DNA of 64,000 nucleotides from a virus (Duplodnaviria > Caudoviricetes): IMG/VR virus record IMGVR_UViG_3300009155_000035. One strand, 5' to 3'. The notes beneath the pieces were generated by a model. It did not search any database. It worked only from the letters and a program-made list of their open reading frames with translations, and was not told the origin of the DNA. Numbering within the stretch: position 1 is the first letter of the stretch; each line of letters begins with the position of its first letter. A program made the translations under genes and the position numbers. Positions 33,064 through 43,159 of this stretch are shown piece after piece.

Positions 33064-34681
33064 CGGGTATTAATTTTCTTTTTATAAATGCATAGCTAGC
33101 CAGCCACTCCCACTCGTAGCTCTTTTTCAGTGCATCAAAGTCACCACCTACTTCTTTGTAATACTCTAGAGCATCTTCTGCACCCCAGCGACTCCACTCC
33201 TCATTGACAATCTGCATACTACCGGGATTGGTGTTTAGCCACTGAGACAATCTATATTCGTTTTCAACGTCTGGCAAACTGGCTCGTAGTTTAAGTGCTT
33301 CTCGGAACGCTGTTCTCCAAGCTATCCAAGGCGATGTATTATATATCGCAGTGCCACTTGATATGGGTACTACTTCGTGTGCGCTGTCTAGTGTAAAGTC
33401 CAGTCCTCGACCAGTGTTGGTCAACACTAGTTGTTTGTTGTAGGCAATCATGGCCTGATGTCCGTACTCTAGTCCGTTAACAGGATTGTGAGCATGAAAA
33501 ATATAGTGCTTGGGTTCTTGCATGCGATCTGGTTGCCAAGTCCAATCAAATTTTTCATTTACAAATAGCTTGGCAAACACTGCAAAGAACCATGGTGTTG
33601 TACTAGATTCGGCAGCGGCATGGTACGCTGCCACACGACCGTTGACGTTTTGCACACGGTTGATTCTGTATCCGCTGTTACTTAAAACATTACCTCCCAC
33701 ACAGTTAACCAAGTGTTGGTACGTGTCTTCGGCCATGGTCTCGCCGTTGCTGATGAACACAATGTCTAGGGGCCGGGCTTTGAGATAAATTTTACTTTTA
33801 TCTATGTAAGGATAATCGTACACTTGGTTCTTGATATAATTTTTACATTCTCTGGGCACCACTGCTGTACCGTGGCCGTTACTCAATGGCACAACTGTTT
33901 TGGTGCGCTCTTGCCACAGGCTTACTGTAGGAGACTGTATGCTCATACCAATTCCTTGATGAAACTGTACCAGGGGTGTTGTAAATTCGTGTTTCCAAAT
34001 AGCTGTGGCCAAACTATCATGTGCATATTCAACTTCGGGCATGGGCGATCGAGGAACCGATATGTCTTCAACAAAGTGCAAAGTTTCAAACCATTCTAGA
34101 ACTTTTAAATTTTCAATCTTGTTTAAAAAGCTAGGCACATGTACATAAAAAGTATCCCCAAATTTTTGTTCGTTACTGGCAAACACATGCAACATATCTA
34201 GTTGCCACTCGCTTGGATGCCAAGTAAAATCAAAATTGTTGTAATCACACACATCACTGGTAACCCAGCAATATTCCCAATCAAGTTTGCTCAATGCTCT
34301 ACGCATAGTGCCCAAGTAGTCACTAATATAACGTGCATTTACATCGCCAACATCCGGGCTTGTGGGAGTATGTTTGATATGTAGTCTAGGAGCAGATTTC
34401 CTAGGTACAGTATGATGGTTGCGGTTGACGTCGGTGTATGTGCCCTGTGGCAGTAACCAAGTGCCACCATTTTCTTGATGTTGGCTGGGCCAAACATGTG
34501 CCTGTTGTGCTTCCCAAGGTTTGGGTTCCCAAAGGAAATCAAAGTCTGTGTAGTCCGATAAGTAATCAACAACCCAACAAAACCTTGTGCGACTACGAGC
34601 ACATGCATCATTAATACTGTCAGCTGGCTGTTCGTGTGGAACCAATCCAGTGGGACGATTTATATAGAATACATCAAACAT
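33050..34681 (-). CDS. Putative glycosyltransferase-like protein (two domains)
   Basis: C-terminal DIVFISNGE...AYHAAAESSTTPWFFAV...WRTAFRE resembles 54057-54989. Confidence 0.55.
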   Translation of the reverse strand: MFDVFYINRPTGLVPHEQPADSINDACARSRTRFCWVVDYLSDYTDFDFLWEPKPWEAQQAHVWPSQHQENGGTWLLPQGTYTDVNRNHHTVPRKSAPRLHIKHTPTSPDVGDVNARYISDYLGTMRRALSKLDWEYCWVTSDVCDYNNFDFTWHPSEWQLDMLHVFASNEQKFGDTFYVHVPSFLNKIENLKVLEWFETLHFVEDISVPRSPMPEVEYAHDSLATAIWKHEFTTPLVQFHQGIGMSIQSPTVSLWQERTKTVVPLSNGHGTAVVPRECKNYIKNQVYDYPYIDKSKIYLKARPLDIVFISNGETMAEDTYQHLVNCVGGNVLSNSGYRINRVQNVNGRVAAYHAAAESSTTPWFFAVFAKLFVNEKFDWTWQPDRMQEPKHYIFHAHNPVNGLEYGHQAMIAYNKQLVLTNTGRGLDFTLDSAHEVVPISSGTAIYNTSPWIAWRTAFREALKLRASLPDVENEYRLSQWLNTNPGSMQIVNEEWSRWGAEDALEYYKEVGGDFDALKKSYEWEWLASYAFIKRKLIPDGQN

Positions 34682-35789
34682 GATAAGAATAGACGAGATT
34701 TATAATAATACTTTCCTACCTTTTATTAAAAAAAACATTGGACATACTCGAATGTTTAACTGCGATCCACCAGGTAAAACTGACCCTGATAGTTTGTGTA
34801 ACATTGGTAGTGACAAGCAACAACTTAATTATATATTCTTTCATGACCAAGAGCCAATTCATTTGGACGTACATGCACCGTTATTTGACAGTGTAGTTGA
34901 ACGAAATTTGGATTTAAATTATGGTCAAGGTCCAGCTAAGAAAGCCATTGTTACCAGTGAGTACCGTAGTGAGTTTGTTGACAAAGCATGTGAGCAATAT
35001 GGATGGAAACCTTACTATTACTTCTTCCACGGCTGGGCGGCGCTGGACTGGTATAGAGGATACAATCGAACGTATCTAATGCCTTTGCCGCACGAACGTA
35101 CTATTACCAAAACATTTGTTGCTCCCAATCGAATTGTAGCAGGTGCAAGACAACACAGATTGTTGATGTTGTATCATATTTTTAAACGTGGACTTACTGA
35201 TAACTGGATTAGTTGTCCCGAAGTTTGTCCGGCAGAGAATATTTCAGTAGTAGAAGCTGCCGCACAGTTGAAGAGAGTATACCCAGATATTGAATCCGTG
35301 TTTGCTCAGCAGACCCTGCCCATTAACTTCCCTGGTGAACATAATTCGCCTATGCACAGTAATTGGTTGAGTTTGTTTGACGAATCAGCTGAAAGTTTGT
35401 TGTATCTTGTTACTGAAACTGTAGCATCGGGACGCAGACAGCACCTAACCGAAAAGTCATTTAAACCAATATGCCTGGGTATGCCATTTGTTATTGTGGG
35501 CCCACAAGGTAGTTTGCAATATCTACGCCAGTATGGGTTTAAAACCTTTGGTGACTTTTGGGATGAACGATACGATACCGAAGTTGATGAAGCACGGCGA
35601 ATAGAAAAAATTGCCGACTTACTCACACAGTTAAACTCGTACACTCAAAAACAAAAACAAGACTTGTTTTTAAGCATGCTACCAATTATCAAGCACAATT
35701 ATGACCATTTTTACAATGGTAGGTTTGAAATATTGTTATGGCATGAACTTTCTAGAATGCTTGACCAATTAAAAACAGATTTCACATGA
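34680..35789 (+). CDS. Putative glycosyltransferase (TEKxxKP family, copy 1)
   Basis: LVTETV...LTEKSFKPICLGMPFVIVG...GFKTFGDFWDERYD. Confidence 0.55.
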   Translation: MIRIDEIYNNTFLPFIKKNIGHTRMFNCDPPGKTDPDSLCNIGSDKQQLNYIFFHDQEPIHLDVHAPLFDSVVERNLDLNYGQGPAKKAIVTSEYRSEFVDKACEQYGWKPYYYFFHGWAALDWYRGYNRTYLMPLPHERTITKTFVAPNRIVAGARQHRLLMLYHIFKRGLTDNWISCPEVCPAENISVVEAAAQLKRVYPDIESVFAQQTLPINFPGEHNSPMHSNWLSLFDESAESLLYLVTETVASGRRQHLTEKSFKPICLGMPFVIVGPQGSLQYLRQYGFKTFGDFWDERYDTEVDEARRIEKIADLLTQLNSYTQKQKQDLFLSMLPIIKHNYDHFYNGRFEILLWHELSRMLDQLKTDFT

Positions 35790-36910
35790 TATTTTGTTTT
35801 GATCAAATGGGTCAACCCAATCTTGCACAAGTAGACGACAATTATGACCACCATTGGCCCAGGGTTGTGCCTTTGAGATTATTGATGTACACTGACAATT
35901 ACCAAACAATACTAACCACTGCGTCATTTGATCATGCATGGTATCCAATTGGCATAGGTTGGTTTGATTTTTCGGTAGATTATTTTGCATTGATGAGTGC
36001 CATGGCCCAAGAAAAATTACGCACTGGCAAATTAACTGTGTTATTTTATTATCACGAAGGTGACAATCCTACTGTTATTAAACAGCGCATTGATAGTTTG
36101 GTTATGCAACATCAGTTATCTGCACATTGCTACAAATTTATCAGTGCCAATTCAAGTGCGCGACATCTTGATAACTTTTTGTATTTTCCCGATCATGAAT
36201 TTTTCTTTAGAGTTACCAACCAAACTCAGTTGCCAGTAACAGTCAGTCCCACTCGCCCTTATAGATTCACTGCTATAAATCGATTACACAAGGTATGGCG
36301 TGCCGCATGCATGAGCGACTTGTATCACCGTGGTATATTAGATCAAAGCTTGTGGAGTTACAACACTGCTAATCAATCCTGTTTAGACGAACACGCCGAC
36401 AATCCTTTGGAACTAGACGCTGTTCCAAATTGGGATATTAGAATGGCACAGTTTCTTGAACTTACTCCGCACTATTGCGATAACCTTACCACAGCACAAC
36501 ACAACAATCACAACTGGGTCAACACTGATTTGTACACACAGTCCTATTGTCATATTGTGTTTGAGACACTGTATGATGTAGATCGCAGTGGTGGTGCATT
36601 TATCACTGAAAAAACTTGGAAGGCCATAAAATACGGGCAGCCGTTTGTGATAGTATCTGGTGCAGGCACACTAAGAGCTCTAAGAGATCTAGGGTATCGT
36701 ACATTTGATTCAGTAATCAACAACACATATGACAGTATAGAAAACAATACTGATCGGTGGCTGGCCATTGTTGATACATTAAAGGCTCTACGTCTTGATG
36801 CTTCGTGGCTGGCAAAGTGCCAATCCGATATAGACCACAATCAAAAACATTTTGACAGCAGGAGTATCGACCCTGTAAATAGACTACTCGAGGAAATCCA
36901 ATGTCATTAG
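35786..36910 (+). CDS. Putative glycosyltransferase (TEKxxK family, copy 2)
   Basis: IVFETL...FITEKTWKAIKYGQPFVIV...GYRTFDSVINNTYD. Confidence 0.55.
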   Translation: MIFCFDQMGQPNLAQVDDNYDHHWPRVVPLRLLMYTDNYQTILTTASFDHAWYPIGIGWFDFSVDYFALMSAMAQEKLRTGKLTVLFYYHEGDNPTVIKQRIDSLVMQHQLSAHCYKFISANSSARHLDNFLYFPDHEFFFRVTNQTQLPVTVSPTRPYRFTAINRLHKVWRAACMSDLYHRGILDQSLWSYNTANQSCLDEHADNPLELDAVPNWDIRMAQFLELTPHYCDNLTTAQHNNHNWVNTDLYTQSYCHIVFETLYDVDRSGGAFITEKTWKAIKYGQPFVIVSGAGTLRALRDLGYRTFDSVINNTYDSIENNTDRWLAIVDTLKALRLDASWLAKCQSDIDHNQKHFDSRSIDPVNRLLEEIQCH

Positions 36911-37938
36911 TGCAAAGTTATACCAGCTGGCAACCATTAGAAGAAGTTATTGTGGGTCGTGTACACACCCCAGATTATTTTGACTTTATCGAAAACGCAG
37001 AAGTCCGTGAACAACTGGGTCAAATACTCAACGAAACTGCAGAAGACCTTGAAAACCTACAAAAAACAATCGAACAATACGGTGCCACAGTGCGTAGACC
37101 AAATCTGCCAGATATCGACTTGTTCAAACGTGGACAAATGAATCAACAATGGGCTCCGGTGCCTCCCTTGGTTCCCAGGGATTGGCAAATTACCCTAGGT
37201 GAAAAATTACTTAGAGTTTTACACGTGGGCGAAATGGATGAAATCTGCAATGACTACGAACAGCACAATCCAGGCACTGTAATTGATCCACACCAGTACG
37301 GTTACGTAGACAATCATGTCATGACCAATGCAGTGGCCAGTTGCATTGTGCGTGTGGGTACCGATGTGTTCTTTGATCGCAGTGAGTGGCTCACTGAAGA
37401 ACAAATGCATTGGATTAGAGACAATGTGCTTGATCATCGCTATCGTGTGCATCGTGCTCAGACCAACGGTCACGGTGATAGTGTGTTTGCCATACTTAAA
37501 CCCGGTGTTATTTTAAGTAGCTTGCACGACCATGACATTGACTATGGTACTAGCTTTCCTAGCTGGGAAGTCAAACGTATCTGGGATCCAAGCATTGTAG
37601 CTGCCATGGAAGTGGGCAAGTTCAAATACGAAAACTTTAACGAACGTTGGTATGTACATGGCAGAGAACCCACTGCTGAATTTGCCGCATTTGTGGACAC
37701 TTATCTCAACAAGTGGACTGGCTTTGTAGCCGAAACTGTGTTTGATGTTAACTGTTTGGTACTAGACGAACAGCATGTTATCTTCAGTGCCTACAACAAA
37801 ACTGTTTTTGATTTTTGCAAGCAACACCATATTGAACCCATTATATGTGACATGCGGCACAAGTACTTCTTTGATTCAGGTATCAGTTGTTGCACACAAG
37901 ACATTCGACGTCGTGGGCCGCTGGAAACTTATCTTTAA
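36901..37938 (+). CDS. Amidinotransferase (glycine / inosamine-phosphate amidinotransferase family)
   Basis: SYTSWQPLEEVIVG; PRD; HGD..F..LKPG; GISCCTQDIRR. Confidence 0.85.
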   Translation: MSLVQSYTSWQPLEEVIVGRVHTPDYFDFIENAEVREQLGQILNETAEDLENLQKTIEQYGATVRRPNLPDIDLFKRGQMNQQWAPVPPLVPRDWQITLGEKLLRVLHVGEMDEICNDYEQHNPGTVIDPHQYGYVDNHVMTNAVASCIVRVGTDVFFDRSEWLTEEQMHWIRDNVLDHRYRVHRAQTNGHGDSVFAILKPGVILSSLHDHDIDYGTSFPSWEVKRIWDPSIVAAMEVGKFKYENFNERWYVHGREPTAEFAAFVDTYLNKWTGFVAETVFDVNCLVLDEQHVIFSAYNKTVFDFCKQHHIEPIICDMRHKYFFDSGISCCTQDIRRRGPLETYL

Positions 37939-38684
37939 GATAGTTCACGCACGATGCGGTTAACTGTGGCTGCACGTTGATTTTTGTTTTTCTCACCCAG
38001 AACAACTACCACAAACTCGTGTCCCTGACGGTTTAATATCAATCCCATGCAAAATCCTGCAGGGTTTGTAAAACCTGTCTTGCTGACCACGATGTCCTTG
38101 AACTGTGAAAGTATGTTGTAGTTGGTGTTGATAAAACTCACAATGCGTTTCTTCTTTTGTGCTTCTAATCGTACTTCTTTCAGTGTGCTGATATTGCGTA
38201 TGAGTTCGTATTGATTGGCTGCTCTAAGCATCACCCCAACTTCGTATGCAGTGCTGATATTGAACACACTCAGTCCTGATGGGTCCACAAAATGTGTATT
38301 GGTCAAGTTGAGTTCGTGAGCCTTGGAATTCATCATGAACATAAAGACACTGCGTCCGCCTGGATGATTTTCTGCCAGGGTTTCGGTAGCGGCATTATCG
38401 CTCTTGACCAGCATGGCATGCAACAATTCAAGCCTTGAGTACTCGCGCTGTGGCAATTGTGTGCCTGCTCGTCGATTAATAGTTAACAGTTCACTCATGG
38501 ACACCGAGCTGTCTAATACCACCATTGCTGTCATTAATTTGCTCAAACTGGCAATGGGGCGTTGTACGTCGTCGCCCTGTTGACTTATAATGCGATCATT
38601 AGACAAGTCGTAAACTAACGTAGCAGGCATGGCTTGAGCTGATAATGAAATCGCAGCCAGTAGTGCAATAACAAACTGTTTCAT
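37935..38684 (-). CDS. D-alanyl-D-alanine carboxy/endopeptidase (peptidase S11, PBP7-like)
   Basis: Signal peptide; SxxK (ASLSKLM), SxN (KSDN), KTG. Confidence 0.9.
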   Translation of the reverse strand: MKQFVIALLAAISLSAQAMPATLVYDLSNDRIISQQGDDVQRPIASLSKLMTAMVVLDSSVSMSELLTINRRAGTQLPQREYSRLELLHAMLVKSDNAATETLAENHPGGRSVFMFMMNSKAHELNLTNTHFVDPSGLSVFNISTAYEVGVMLRAANQYELIRNISTLKEVRLEAQKKKRIVSFINTNYNILSQFKDIVVSKTGFTNPAGFCMGLILNRQGHEFVVVVLGEKNKNQRAATVNRIVRELS

Positions 38685-40177
38685 GATACCACTGTGACTC
38701 CGTATAATTCTTCAAATCTGTCTGCATCAGCACGATCATTTACCATGGGTTCACCACGTATGTTTAAACTTGTATTAAGCAACATAGGACAGCCTGTTTC
38801 AGCGTACCATGCTTCTAGTAGTTGTCTTATACCCGATCCGTCTGCAGGTACAGTTTGTACACGACTAGTTCCGTCGTGATGAATGATAGCAGGATATAGG
38901 TCGGGATGCCGGCAACGGGCGATAACCTGCATATATCTACTGCTAGGAAAACCGCGAGGCATATCAAAATAATTGTCAACGTGCTCTTCCAAAATGACCG
39001 GGGCAAAGGGTCTAAACCGTTGTCTGCGTTTGATTTCGTTTACGCGATCCTTGATGTCTATGCCACGTGGGTCAGCAAGTAAACTACGGTTACCCAATGC
39101 GCGGGGTCCAAATTCGGCTCGTCCGCTAGCAACCCCAACAATTCCAGTATCCAGTAAATGCTCCATTGCATCATGGACAGGATAAGGGCCAGCAATGTGG
39201 CGACCCAAAAAAGCACTGTGCCAATGAACACGGCCACCGTGGGCAAGAGCGGCGGCGCCAAGACTAGAACCAGCATCACCAGGATTAGGTAGTATCCAAA
39301 TTTTTTCAAAATAATCTCCAAGATGTCGATTGGCCAAGCAGTTTAACGCAACCCCGCCCATGTACACAAGATTTGTGCTCCAGTTGAACTCTCGAGCCCG
39401 GTGCATGACACTATTAATTAGCTGTTCTGTCAAGGCCTGGGCTGATGCCGCAAGATGTTCATTGTGAGTAAAACACAACTCATGTTCGTCAAAACCAAGA
39501 TGGAGATTCTTTCTAAACTTTAGTTCGTTGACGTCTGCTACAAATTGTTCTTGCAGCCAGGCTGCGCCAAGATTGGATCCATATGCTGCCATGCCCATGG
39601 TGATGTATTCTTCATCCATGGGTTTTAGTCCCACAGCTTTGGTAATAGCTGAATAAAACAGTCCAATGCTGTGCGGATAATATTGTCGCCAAAGACGTCG
39701 GTAGCAGGCTTTTCCGTCTATGTATTCTGCACCCCAAATGCTGATAGTGTCCCATTCGCCAATGGCATCAATAACCACAACAGTGGCACGGTCATACGGT
39801 GATGTTTGAAATCCTGCGGCAGCATGACTAAGGTGATGATTGTAGTTTTTAACAGTGACATCACTCAAATTGAATGCGGGTATTTGGGCAGACAAGATAC
39901 TTTTAACTGACAGTTTGTCCCATTCAATCCCTTGACCACTATAAAACTGCCTTAGTTGCTTATACACAGGCCGCTCGTAATAGGCCACTGTGGAAATGCC
40001 GTGATCAAGGTGCGCTGTTGATGCCACAGCATCATTGATTAGATCTGGGCAAATGTCAGCATCGTTTTTCTTTTTACTGTAGCGTTCACTGTGCCCGGCA
40101 AAAAGTATTTCGCCCCGAGAACTAATCACGGTGGCGCTGGCATCATGAAACCCAGCCGAGATTCCTAATATGTTCAT
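38681..40177 (-). CDS. Carbamoyltransferase (NodU/CmcH/TobZ family)
   Basis: GFHDASA; HHLSHA; DAIGE; GGVALNC; EFGPRALGNRS; RPFAP; LNTSLN. Confidence 0.93.
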   Translation of the reverse strand: MNILGISAGFHDASATVISSRGEILFAGHSERYSKKKNDADICPDLINDAVASTAHLDHGISTVAYYERPVYKQLRQFYSGQGIEWDKLSVKSILSAQIPAFNLSDVTVKNYNHHLSHAAAGFQTSPYDRATVVVIDAIGEWDTISIWGAEYIDGKACYRRLWRQYYPHSIGLFYSAITKAVGLKPMDEEYITMGMAAYGSNLGAAWLQEQFVADVNELKFRKNLHLGFDEHELCFTHNEHLAASAQALTEQLINSVMHRAREFNWSTNLVYMGGVALNCLANRHLGDYFEKIWILPNPGDAGSSLGAAALAHGGRVHWHSAFLGRHIAGPYPVHDAMEHLLDTGIVGVASGRAEFGPRALGNRSLLADPRGIDIKDRVNEIKRRQRFRPFAPVILEEHVDNYFDMPRGFPSSRYMQVIARCRHPDLYPAIIHHDGTSRVQTVPADGSGIRQLLEAWYAETGCPMLLNTSLNIRGEPMVNDRADADRFEELYGVTVVS

Positions 40178-40700
40178 TGATTTTGCTCGCTATTCTTTTG
40201 TGTCCTTGTTCCAATGGATGTCCGCCGGGCCCTTTATCACAGTCCCCCATCCACTCAATTATGCCCTGGTCAGGCCAACCTAGATAGTTGTCTGGTGCAG
40301 GTCCGGATAACTGTGTTTGCAGATCAAATGTGCTTAAAAACACATAAGGAATATTTTTAGATTTTAAATATCCCCCAAGCAAATGCACTTGATTGCAAAA
40401 CTTATTCAACGCCCACTCTTGATTCCATTGTTGAAATACTTCTTTAATTATAGCACCATGCTCGGCATGACTACTAGCAGTTAGGTGATATCCGTTTATT
40501 TCAATTCTAGCCGGAGTGGTCCAAGCAATTATGGCATGAGTAATTGTACCCCGATCTTCGATATAGTCCACAGTACTACGAACAATATAATCATTAGAGG
40601 CAGCTGCACGTGCCAAATTTATTGTGTTTGCAATCAAAGTTGGCCAGGCCACAGTACTCTCTGCGCCGGCTGTAAAGCTATCACCGTTCACCAAAATCAT
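40143..40700 (-). CDS. SGNH/GDSL-like protein
   Basis: VNGDSFTAG; NLARAAASND; GHPLEQGH. Confidence 0.7.
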   Translation of the reverse strand: MILVNGDSFTAGAESTVAWPTLIANTINLARAAASNDYIVRSTVDYIEDRGTITHAIIAWTTPARIEINGYHLTASSHAEHGAIIKEVFQQWNQEWALNKFCNQVHLLGGYLKSKNIPYVFLSTFDLQTQLSGPAPDNYLGWPDQGIIEWMGDCDKGPGGHPLEQGHKRIASKINEHIRNLGWVS

Positions 40701-40798
40701 TTGTAGATAAATGGATCACGTTTTCTAAGCTCTTTGAGCTTGCGACGATATTGTACTTCTAGTCGAATTCTGTTTATAATGTTAATTAACCATTTCAT
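40697..40798 (-). CDS. 33-aa basic peptide (MKWLINIINRIRLEVQYRRKLKELRKRDPFIYK)
   Basis: Fills the gap with ATGA overlaps at both ends. Confidence 0.65.
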   Translation of the reverse strand: MKWLINIINRIRLEVQYRRKLKELRKRDPFIYK

Positions 40799-41883
40799 TG
40801 TGTGTTCCTTGTTTGATAGTCATATCCCGGACGCATCAAATTGATTTGTTGCTGTTCGTAATCTGAATCATTCCAGCAGTAGTCATACACTGCTTGAACT
40901 CCGTCAACTTCTATGGAGTATATATCTAAATGTTCACCCAGTATACTCCATATCTTGGCATGATCTGTTGTGCCAAAACTTTGTTCTAGATTGACTTGTC
41001 CCACGGGCAAATAACCTAGACTGAGCTTGGGGTCCCGGGGGTCTAGACCATTTTCAATCAACCATTCCCGGAATGCACCAATTGTTTTATTGTGCCAAGT
41101 ATGTGCGCCGCCCAGCGTGATGTTGTTGCCCCACTCAATATCAAACTCGCCCGAGTAGTATTCTAAATGCGTTATTGCTTCGCACACAGCGGCAGTTAAC
41201 TCTGGTGCACCTTCGTCTCTGAACACTTCCATCAGTGTTTTTCCAATCTGTGCCCAGTGCATGTATACCCCACCCAGCACACGATCATAACCATTAGTGA
41301 CAAAGCCCTCGCGATGTTGATCCTGCAACGGGTAGCGTGGTGCATTGATCCATGTGGTAATTTGACTGGGACGTAACCAATAAAAGTTAGTGGCTGCTTT
41401 ACGTAATCCCAGTATGAGATTTTCCATTTCATGACAGATCAAATTCAGCTGTCTTATGGCATACTTTGTTTGATAGTCGGCGCCACGGTACCAGGCGCTT
41501 AGATTGTTCACTGTGCCTTGTAACACTTCAAAATGATTGTGTAACTGATTAAACAATTCGTGATTTACACCCATGGGACTGTGATCTGTGGCAAACACAT
41601 TCTCCGGGGTAAAGTGTTCAGCTATGTGATATCCGGGCAAATTGTTGTTGACCACAGCAATGTGTCTATTAACCTGCTCGCACAAATAAGGTATGTCACG
41701 AGCTGTTGTGGGGAAACCCATGAAACAAAAATTCTTTTCCAACAAACAAGAACTTTGTAATAATGATTTTAATGCCTGCACCCAGGCCCAGGCCAAGGCA
41801 TGATCTTGCACATCAATATAGTATGCATGCAGCCGAGACTTGTCTACTGGATTTCTCAGTGTTACTTTAACTTGGGATGTCAT
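40795..41883 (-). CDS. Hypothetical protein
   Basis: 362-aa ORF overlapping its neighbours. Confidence 0.7.
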   Translation of the reverse strand: MTSQVKVTLRNPVDKSRLHAYYIDVQDHALAWAWVQALKSLLQSSCLLEKNFCFMGFPTTARDIPYLCEQVNRHIAVVNNNLPGYHIAEHFTPENVFATDHSPMGVNHELFNQLHNHFEVLQGTVNNLSAWYRGADYQTKYAIRQLNLICHEMENLILGLRKAATNFYWLRPSQITTWINAPRYPLQDQHREGFVTNGYDRVLGGVYMHWAQIGKTLMEVFRDEGAPELTAAVCEAITHLEYYSGEFDIEWGNNITLGGAHTWHNKTIGAFREWLIENGLDPRDPKLSLGYLPVGQVNLEQSFGTTDHAKIWSILGEHLDIYSIEVDGVQAVYDYCWNDSDYEQQQINLMRPGYDYQTRNTQ

Positions 41884-43159
41884 TCCACCATTTTCCTATG
41901 TCTGCACGTTGTGATAAGATTTGTGCCATGTCAGTATCAGCTGATCTTATGCTTTCTAAACGCAGTACTCTACGCTTGCCACGAATCACAGCGTCTTGAT
42001 ATTGATCCGGCCACTGTTCCGCAAACGTGGGTCGATTCTTTAACTGTAACAGCACATCACGCATGGCTCCCGAACTCTTGGCAGCCAGTTCATCCGCCCA
42101 GGGTGTCAACAACTCACGTGGCAATGCCAAGGGACTCATTACAATGTCCGGGCTAAAGCTAAAGATTACCTTGGCCAATACGTCCACGCCTAATTGCTGT
42201 GCCAACTGATTGATATTTTCAACTTCAAACATGCCTGGAAGAGTAAGTGTAAAGTCCAGTCTCATTTGTCTAGGGTGCTTTGCGTACTGTGTTCCGAGTT
42301 CAAAGTTTTGTTTGAATTTCGAGTAGTCAAGCCCTGTTCTAATGTACTCACCGATTGATCCAGTGCCGTCAATGCTTGCGCAAATTTGCCAATCTCGTAC
42401 GTGAGCCAAAATATCGCTATAAAGATTACACCCCCGATAATCAACTCTGCTGAGATTGGTGTTGTATCTAGCGTAAACACGTGGTCCATCTCCTAATTCA
42501 ATGATCCTGCGCATGTAGCGCCAGTGCTGTTCATACATGAGAGGCTCTCCTCCTACCCAGTATATTTCTTCCACACGATGTTGTTCCACAGCTTCGGCAA
42601 ACTCTGCTTCAATTTGACTGTCTTGAAACTGGCTTATTTGTTCACGTACCGCAGGTTTCATCCAGTTGTTTTTGGCGTCGGCCCAGTTGATCATGTCATG
42701 CTGTCGCTGTTCACTTTCCCATGAACTGCTCAACATGTCCCCACAGGTTCTGCATTTAAAATTACAGAGATTTGAAAAACGATAGTCCCAGGATACAGGC
42801 TGCATTGTGGTCGAACCTGTTGCGTCTGTTGTACGTGCTATGTCATCGTACTTGTGTCGGAACAAATGCCAGAAATAAGTTCTATATACGTCGGTGTTTA
42901 ACAGTTTTGAATTGCACACATCACATTCAGGAAGCGTTTCCCCGGCCATCATGCGTCTGCGCACACTTCGCATGTGTTCCGAATTCCAGTGTTGCTCCAG
43001 CGTGACGGGCATGTATTTGCCTGTGCCCTGTGCTGTGTCTATGTACTGTGTAAAGCTCTGTGCAGGTTCCCGCGACGCACAACACATGCGTCGTTCTGTT
43101 TGTGGACTTAGGTACGTGTGCGTCCACGGTGCCATGCACAATGTATCAGGTTTTGTCAT
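41867..43159 (-). CDS. Radical SAM protein with N-terminal twitch/SPASM-like Cys cluster
   Basis: CMAPW..MCC..CDVC; NLCNFKCRTC; VGGEP. Confidence 0.88.
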   Translation of the reverse strand: MTKPDTLCMAPWTHTYLSPQTERRMCCASREPAQSFTQYIDTAQGTGKYMPVTLEQHWNSEHMRSVRRRMMAGETLPECDVCNSKLLNTDVYRTYFWHLFRHKYDDIARTTDATGSTTMQPVSWDYRFSNLCNFKCRTCGDMLSSSWESEQRQHDMINWADAKNNWMKPAVREQISQFQDSQIEAEFAEAVEQHRVEEIYWVGGEPLMYEQHWRYMRRIIELGDGPRVYARYNTNLSRVDYRGCNLYSDILAHVRDWQICASIDGTGSIGEYIRTGLDYSKFKQNFELGTQYAKHPRQMRLDFTLTLPGMFEVENINQLAQQLGVDVLAKVIFSFSPDIVMSPLALPRELLTPWADELAAKSSGAMRDVLLQLKNRPTFAEQWPDQYQDAVIRGKRRVLRLESIRSADTDMAQILSQRADIGKWWNDIPS

